DNA of 64,000 nucleotides, taken from the NCBI GenBank assembly GCA_963745025.1, contig CAVUWD010000016.1, forward strand, positions 224,001 to 288,000, read 5' to 3'. Each line of letters starts with the position of its first letter. Positions within the stretch are counted from its first letter, which is position 1. Origin of the DNA: an uncultured delta proteobacterium. Its GTDB lineage: Bacteria > Desulfobacterota > Binatia > JACPRU01. The position numbers and the translations under genes were made by a program. A model generated the notes under the pieces. That model saw nothing but the letters and a program-made list of their open reading frames with translations. It did not search any database and was not told the DNA's origin. Below are positions 58,347-64,000 of this stretch, one piece after another.

Positions 58347-59234
58347 ATGCGCGTTCTCGTCTCCGGCGCGTCCGGGTTCGTCGGCCGTGCCGTCTGCCGC
58401 CGACTCCGAGAGCGCGGCGATGCCGTCGAGCGACTGGTGCGTGGGGAGGGTGATGGCGTGCTTTGGGATCCCAAAACGGGGCGCTTCGATTCGGCGGCCG
58501 CCGCAGGCGCCGACGCGATCGTTCATCTCGCCGGCGAGAGCGTCTTCTCCGGGCGTTGGAACGAGGAGCGGAAAGCGGCGATCCGGGAGAGCCGCGTCGC
58601 CGGGACCCGGCTCCTCGCCGAAGGGCTCGCCCGGCTGGAGCGGCCGCCGCGAGTGATCGCCTGCGCCTCGGCGATCGGCTTTTATGGAGACCGCGGCGAC
58701 GCCGAGCAGACTGAAGCGGACCCGCTCGGTCGGGGGTTTCTTGCCGAGGTCTGTCGGGATTGGGAATCCGCCTGTGAGCCGGCCGTGAAGCGAGGCATTC
58801 GTGTGGCCAACTTGCGGATCGGGCTGGTGCTCAGCACACAAGGTGGAGCGCTTCGCAAGATGCTGCCGGTCTTTCGGCTCGGCCTCGGCGGCCGAGTCGG
58901 TGACGGCCGCCAGTGGATCAGCTGGATTACGCTCGACGATCTCGTGAGGATCGTCGAGCAGGTGCTCTTCGACGACGCGCTCGCAGGGGCGGTGAATGCG
59001 GTCGCGCCGCATCCCGTGCGCAACGGCGAATTCACGCAGGCGCTGGCGCGCGTCCTCGGCCGTCCCGCCGTCCTGGCCGTTCCCGCCTTCGCGCTGCGTC
59101 TCGCTCTCGGCGAGATGGCGGACGAGCTCTTACTCCGCGGAACCCGCGCCGTTCCGAAGCGGCTCTCCGAGCGCGGCTTTCGCTTCGAGCATGCGGAGAT
59201 CGAGCCGGCGCTCCACGCGCTGCTCAAGGATTGA
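58347..59234 (+). CDS. TIGR01777-family NAD(P)-dependent epimerase/oxidoreductase (YfcH-like)
   Basis: VSGASGFVG, HLAGE, ASAIGFYG, FLAEVCRDWE, GRQWISWI. Confidence 0.95.
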   Translation: MRVLVSGASGFVGRAVCRRLRERGDAVERLVRGEGDGVLWDPKTGRFDSAAAAGADAIVHLAGESVFSGRWNEERKAAIRESRVAGTRLLAEGLARLERPPRVIACASAIGFYGDRGDAEQTEADPLGRGFLAEVCRDWESACEPAVKRGIRVANLRIGLVLSTQGGALRKMLPVFRLGLGGRVGDGRQWISWITLDDLVRIVEQVLFDDALAGAVNAVAPHPVRNGEFTQALARVLGRPAVLAVPAFALRLALGEMADELLLRGTRAVPKRLSERGFRFEHAEIEPALHALLKD

Positions 59235-59302
59235 GAGTCGGGTGACGGAGGCTTCGTGAACACGAAGGCCGGCGCGAGGAACTACCCGCGTGGTGAACGA
59301 GA

Positions 59303-59509
59303 TCATGGAGCCGTCGTCGTAGGGGATGCTTCGAGCGGCCGGCCGTAGGCGTCGGTTCTCCGGCCGCCGCGCTTGCGGATGGTCTTCTGGGTATCGGAGT
59401 TCACCCAGGGCTGACCCATCGTGCACGGCTGCGGGTAGCCGTGTTCCTCTACCGTCTCGTAGGTCGGAAAAGCGCCGCGGTCGAATCGCGTCATCATACG
59501 CTTGGCCAT
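59303..59509 (-). CDS. Small hypothetical protein
   Basis: ATG 59509, high GC3, divergent from ileS. Confidence 0.45.
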   Translation of the reverse strand: MAKRMMTRFDRGAFPTYETVEEHGYPQPCTMGQPWVNSDTQKTIRKRGGRRTDAYGRPLEASPTTTAP

Positions 59510-59618
59510 GGGACGTCTCTGTCTGCCAGAATCGCTTGCGAAGATAAAGCGCACCGGCGCGGAGGCGCGGAGAGCTCAAATTGAATTGGCAGGGACCTGT
59601 TGCTATGTGCGGGAGACC

Positions 59619-62438
59619 GTGCCGACCGCCGCCGAGAGTTCGATCAATTACAAAAACACGCTGAATCTTCCCAAGACCGACTTCCCGATGCGGGGAAACC
59701 TTCCGAAGCGGGAGCCGGAAACCATTCGGCGCTGGCAGGAGATCGATCTCTACGGGAAGCTGCAAGCCGCTCGCGAGCAGGCGAAGGGGGCATTCCTTCT
59801 GCACGATGGTCCGCCCTACGCGAACGGCAACATCCATCTCGGTCACACGCTGAACAAGATCCTGAAGGACATCATCGTCAAGTTCCGAGTGATGGCGGGC
59901 GCCCGAGCTCCCTACGTCCCGGGTTGGGATTGCCACGGCCTGCCGATCGAGTTGGCGATGGAGAAGACGCTCGGCCGCAAAAGCGACGTTTCGAAGGTCG
60001 AGTTCCGCAAGCTTTGCCGCGAGTATGCCAGCCGCTACGTCGGCATCCAGCGGGAGGAATTCCGTCGCCTCGGCATCATCGGTGACTGGCAAAATCCGTA
60101 CCTGACCATGGATGCCCGCTACGAGGCCATCGAGGTGCGCGAGTTCGGCAAGCTCCTCGAGAGCGGCGCGGTCTATCGCGGCCGCAAGCCGGTCCTGTGG
60201 TGCGCCTCTTGCGCGACCGCGCTCGCGGAAGCGGAGGTGGAATACGAGGACATCTCGTCAGCTTCGATCTACGTGGCCTTTGCGCTAGTACCCCCGCTTC
60301 CGTTGCCGCTCCAGCCGTTCGCCGACCGCAACCCCGAGATCGTGATCTGGACGACGACGCCATGGACGCTGCCGGCGAATCTCGCGATCGCGGTCCATCC
60401 CGGCCTCGAGTACGTGGTCGTCGACGCGGGATCCCGTGCGCTGGTTGTCGCGCACGGGCTACTCGAGCCGTTCCTCAAGGCCATCGGCGAGGTCGGTGCG
60501 CGGGTCCTTGCCGAGTTTTCCGGCGCCGCGCTCGAGAACGCGCGGGCCCGCCATCCGTGGATCGATCGTGAATCGCCCATCATTCTGGGTGACCACGTTA
60601 CACTCGAAGCGGGAACGGGTTGCGTTCATACCGCGCCTGGACACGGTCAGGAAGACTACGAGGTCGGGCTGCGCTATGGGCTCGACGTCTATGCGCCCGT
60701 GGATGCCGAGGGCCGTTTCACTTCCGACGTCGAGGAGTATGCGGGTGAGCGGGTGTTCGACGCCGATGCGGGCATCGTCGCACGTCTGCGGGAGTCGGGG
60801 CGACTCCTCAAGGCCGAGCAGCTCGTGCACAGCTACCCGCATTGCTGGCGGTGCAAGAATCCCGTGATCTTCCGCGCCACGGACCAATGGTTCGTGGCGA
60901 TGGAGAAAAATGGGCTCCGGCGCCGCGTGCTCGAGGAGATCGATCGGGTCCGCTGGATCCCCGCGTGGGGCCGGGAGCGCATCCGAGGCATGATGGAGTC
61001 CCGTCCGGACTGGTGCATCTCGCGGCAGCGAAACTGGGGCGTGCCGATCGTCGCCTTCTTCTGTGCGGGTTGCGGCGAAACATCGGCCACGCGCCTGATA
61101 GCCGACCACGTCGCCGATCTCTTCGAGCGCGAGGGGACGGATGCGTGGTTCGAGCGCTCGGCGAAGGAGCTGCTACCTGCCGGGACGCGCTGCGGAAAAT
61201 GCGGCAACCGAGAGTTTCGCAAGGAGCAGGACATCCTCGACGTCTGGTTCGACTCCGGCATGAGCCACGCGGCCGTGCTCGAGCAACGCCCTGAGCTGCG
61301 CTCCCCCGCCGACCTCTATCTCGAAGGCAGCGATCAGCACCGCGGCTGGTTTCATACCTCGCTCTTGACGTCGGTTGCGACGCGCGACCGCGCTCCCTAC
61401 GAAGCCGTGCTCACGCATGGCTTCACCGTCGATGCCGAGGGTCGGAAGATGTCCAAGTCGGCGGGCACTGGGCTTTCGCCCCAGGACATCGTCGAAAGCC
61501 ACGGAGCCGAGATCCTGCGGCTCTGGGTGGCGGCCGAGGACTACCGGGACGACGTCAGGATCTCCAAGGAGATCGTCGGGCGGCTGATCGAGTCGTTTCG
61601 CCGGATCCGCAATACCGCTCGGTTCCTGATCGCCAATCTCTACGACTTCGATCCTGCGCGCGACGCGGTCGGACCGGACACGCTCCGCGAGCTCGACCAC
61701 TGGATTCTGGCGCGAACCCGGGCGCTCGTCGAACGCTGCCGGAGCGCGTATTTCGATTACGAGTTCCACGTTGTCTACCATGCGCTCAACAACTTCTGCA
61801 GTGTGGACCTGAGCGCGCTCTACCTCGACATCGCCAAGGACCGACTCTACTGCTCGCGCGCCGACGGCGCGGCGCGCCGCTCGGCGCAGACTGCGCTTTG
61901 GCAGATCCTCGACGTGCTCGTGCGACTCATGGCACCGATCCTTTCGTTCACTGCCGAGGAGGTATGGGGCTACGTGCCTGCGACGACCGCCAAGCGAGAA
62001 AGCGTCTTTCTCGCGGATTTCCCGTCGGCCGGCCCCGAAGTGACAGACGCCCCCATCCTCGCGACCTGGGAGCGGCTGTTGGCGGTTCGCGACGCTGTCA
62101 CCAAGGCGCTCGAGGATGCGCGGCAGGGGGGTCGCATCGGCCATTCCCTCGACGCCTGCGTACGCCTCTCCTTCGCGACGGATGGGGAGCTCGGCACGCT
62201 TCTCGGCAGTCGCTTGGCGGAGTTGCCGACACTGCTCATCGTTTCCCAAGTCGAGCGGGCGGACGATCTCGGCGCCGATGCCGAAAGCCCAATCGTTCCG
62301 GGGCTGCGAATCGCCATCGAGCGCGCGGCGGGACAGAAGTGCGCGCGCTGCTGGAACTACCGCACCTCGGTAGGCACTGACGACAGGCACCCGACGATCT
62401 GCGCCCCTTGCGTGAGCGCGCTTGTGCATGTCGGCTGA
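59619..62438 (+). CDS. ileS: Isoleucine--tRNA ligase (type 1)
   Basis: TLNLPKTDFPMRG, DGPPYANGNIHLGH, WDCHGLPIE, KMSKS, C-terminal CxxC...CxxC zinc finger. Confidence 0.98.
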   Translation: MPTAAESSINYKNTLNLPKTDFPMRGNLPKREPETIRRWQEIDLYGKLQAAREQAKGAFLLHDGPPYANGNIHLGHTLNKILKDIIVKFRVMAGARAPYVPGWDCHGLPIELAMEKTLGRKSDVSKVEFRKLCREYASRYVGIQREEFRRLGIIGDWQNPYLTMDARYEAIEVREFGKLLESGAVYRGRKPVLWCASCATALAEAEVEYEDISSASIYVAFALVPPLPLPLQPFADRNPEIVIWTTTPWTLPANLAIAVHPGLEYVVVDAGSRALVVAHGLLEPFLKAIGEVGARVLAEFSGAALENARARHPWIDRESPIILGDHVTLEAGTGCVHTAPGHGQEDYEVGLRYGLDVYAPVDAEGRFTSDVEEYAGERVFDADAGIVARLRESGRLLKAEQLVHSYPHCWRCKNPVIFRATDQWFVAMEKNGLRRRVLEEIDRVRWIPAWGRERIRGMMESRPDWCISRQRNWGVPIVAFFCAGCGETSATRLIADHVADLFEREGTDAWFERSAKELLPAGTRCGKCGNREFRKEQDILDVWFDSGMSHAAVLEQRPELRSPADLYLEGSDQHRGWFHTSLLTSVATRDRAPYEAVLTHGFTVDAEGRKMSKSAGTGLSPQDIVESHGAEILRLWVAAEDYRDDVRISKEIVGRLIESFRRIRNTARFLIANLYDFDPARDAVGPDTLRELDHWILARTRALVERCRSAYFDYEFHVVYHALNNFCSVDLSALYLDIAKDRLYCSRADGAARRSAQTALWQILDVLVRLMAPILSFTAEEVWGYVPATTAKRESVFLADFPSAGPEVTDAPILATWERLLAVRDAVTKALEDARQGGRIGHSLDACVRLSFATDGELGTLLGSRLAELPTLLIVSQVERADDLGADAESPIVPGLRIAIERAAGQKCARCWNYRTSVGTDDRHPTICAPCVSALVHVG

Positions 62439-62994
62439 GTCGGGGCAGAGCGAGATGCTGCGTGGTCGTTTTGTCAGCCCGATCGCCGTCGGTCTGGTCG
62501 TCATCGTGCTCGATCAGGTGACGAAGCGCGTGATCCGGGACCGTGTGCACGTCCGGGAATCGATTCCGATTCTCGATGGCTTCCTAAACATCGTGCATGC
62601 CCGCAATCCTGGCGCGGCATTCAGCTTCCTCGCCGACGCCCCGGCGTGGTTCCGCGGGCCGTTCTTCATCGCCATCACCGTTACGGCGATCGGCGTGCTG
62701 TTCTACGTGATCAGCCGACTCCCCGCGGAGGATCGCCTGATGCGGATTGCGCTCGGTGGAGTCCTCGGCGGCGCCGTCGGCAATCTGATCGACCGGCTGA
62801 CCTATGGCGAGGTGACGGATTTCATCGACGTCCACTGGCGCTCGCATCACTGGCCCGCGTTCAACGTCGCGGATTCGAGCATCACGATTGCCGTCGGGGC
62901 TGTCATCCTGCACTCATTGTTCCTCACGCGCTCGGACGCGAAACGAGCGCGCTTCAAGGCGTCGAACGCACCGCCGGACGCACCGCCGCCTTGA
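62428..62994 (+). CDS. lspA: Lipoprotein signal peptidase II
   Basis: DQVTK, NPGAAFS, GNLIDR, VTDFID, FNVADSSI; alternative start at 62455. Confidence 0.96.
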   Translation: MSAESGQSEMLRGRFVSPIAVGLVVIVLDQVTKRVIRDRVHVRESIPILDGFLNIVHARNPGAAFSFLADAPAWFRGPFFIAITVTAIGVLFYVISRLPAEDRLMRIALGGVLGGAVGNLIDRLTYGEVTDFIDVHWRSHHWPAFNVADSSITIAVGAVILHSLFLTRSDAKRARFKASNAPPDAPPP

Positions 62995-63056
62995 CTCCGG
63001 CGTGTGCGCGACATTAACCTGCCTAACGTGTTGAAAGATCTAGGGAGGAAAGTAAA

Positions 63057-63404
63057 ATGCGGAAAAATCTTGCTATGACGGCGCTTTTTTGTGTGCCGCT
63101 CATTGCGGGTTGCGCCTCTGGCAGCCTGTCGAAGCGTGAGACCGGAGCCCTCGGGGGTGGCGCTTTGGGTGCGGGCGCGGGCGCTCTGATCGGCCACGCT
63201 ACCGGTCATACCGCGGGCGGCGCCGCGATCGGCGGCGCGCTTGGTGCGCTTACCGGGGCCGTTGTCGGCGATCAGCTGCAGGCTCAGGACCAGAAGTCCG
63301 AATCCCAAGACGAAGAGCTTCGCAGACAGCGCCAGGAGATCGAGCAGCTGAAGAGGCAGCAGAGCCAGAATCAGAGCAACGATAGCGACTACGAGCGCTA
63401 CTGA
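63057..63404 (+). CDS. Glycine-zipper lipoprotein
   Basis: Lipobox IAGC; GALGGGALGAGAGALIG...GAAIGGALG; GGAGG RBS. Confidence 0.85.
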   Translation: MRKNLAMTALFCVPLIAGCASGSLSKRETGALGGGALGAGAGALIGHATGHTAGGAAIGGALGALTGAVVGDQLQAQDQKSESQDEELRRQRQEIEQLKRQQSQNQSNDSDYERY

Positions 63405-63439
63405 ATTCGTCCTTCATCCGAACAAGTGAGGGGGAGTTG

Positions 63440-64000
63440 ATGAGACCGATGACTGGTGTGCCCGCGGCGTTGGCCGCAGGCGCGCTCCTGGTCGCTTCGT
63501 GTTCCGGTCCGCCGTCGAAGCGTGAGTTGGGCGCGCTCGGTGGAGCGGCGCTCGGAGCGGGAACGGGAGCCATCATCGGTCATGCGACCGGGAACACAGC
63601 GGCGGGCGCGGCGATCGGCGGTGCCCTCGGCGGCCTCGGCGGTGCGGTGGTCGGCGACCAGATCCAGGCGGGGGATCAGAAGCTCGACGCGCGCGAACAG
63701 GAGATCGCGAAGAACCGCGCGCTGATCGAAGAGCTCAAGAGGAAGAACCTAGAAGTGCATGAGACGAATCGCGGTGTCGTCGTGAACCTTCCCGACGTGC
63801 TGTTCGAGTTCAACAAGTACTCGTTGACGGGCGATGCCCGCGCCAAGGTGCGGGACATTGCCGAAGTGCTAGACGGGCCGCGAGTGCAGGGTCGTCAGGT
63901 GTCGATCGAGGGCCACACGGATTCCATCGGCAGCGACGAGTACAATCTCCGATTGTCGCAGCATCGAGCGGATGCCGTGAGCAATGGGCTCGAGAGCGAT
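63440..64000 (+). CDS. OmpA-family lipoprotein with glycine zipper (runs off window end)
   Basis: Own translation from ATG 63440: lipobox VASC, Gly zipper, NLPDVLFEFNK, IEGHTDSIGSDEYNLRLSQHRADAV. Confidence 0.92.
   Translation, partial: MRPMTGVPAALAAGALLVASCSGPPSKRELGALGGAALGAGTGAIIGHATGNTAAGAAIGGALGGLGGAVVGDQIQAGDQKLDAREQEIAKNRALIEELKRKNLEVHETNRGVVVNLPDVLFEFNKYSLTGDARAKVRDIAEVLDGPRVQGRQVSIEGHTDSIGSDEYNLRLSQHRADAVSNGLESD

Overview
High-GC bacterial chromosomal segment. The gene content suggests a diderm Deltaproteobacteria-like lineage, possibly Candidatus Binatia/Binatota; this is inference only. Most of the window is housekeeping: degP, cobS-like, class-V aminotransferase-serA-purA behind a ZMP/ZTP riboswitch, ggt, argA-like, ADP-forming acyl-CoA ligase, slt, maf-yggS/proC-yggT, lnt, acyl-CoA dehydrogenases, ileS-lspA and ompA-like. 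The most notable part is 6.8-17.6 kb. Two divergent sigma54-type promoters sit there. Leftward lies a porin-glnB-amt-receiver-amt ammonium-uptake cluster. Rightward lie a second P-II gene, an unannotated 48-aa membrane protein and a radical SAM enzyme that closely matches the tryptophan lyase NosL (3-methyl-2-indolic acid synthase) as I recall its sequence. No thiopeptide genes are present; instead the NosL-like gene converges on a TolC plus PaaK/IaaL-like adenylating ligase operon. Other oddities are a heavily frameshifted second amt, a TonB-receptor remnant, a yggS-proC fusion, a 1607-aa Ser/Thr kinase with an internal 253-aa duplication near two paralogous beta-barrels, a type II-like pantothenate kinase, paired perfect DnaA boxes and a Cys-rich small protein. 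I recognised no rRNA, tRNA or CRISPR array. Family assignments come from motif recognition, not database searches.
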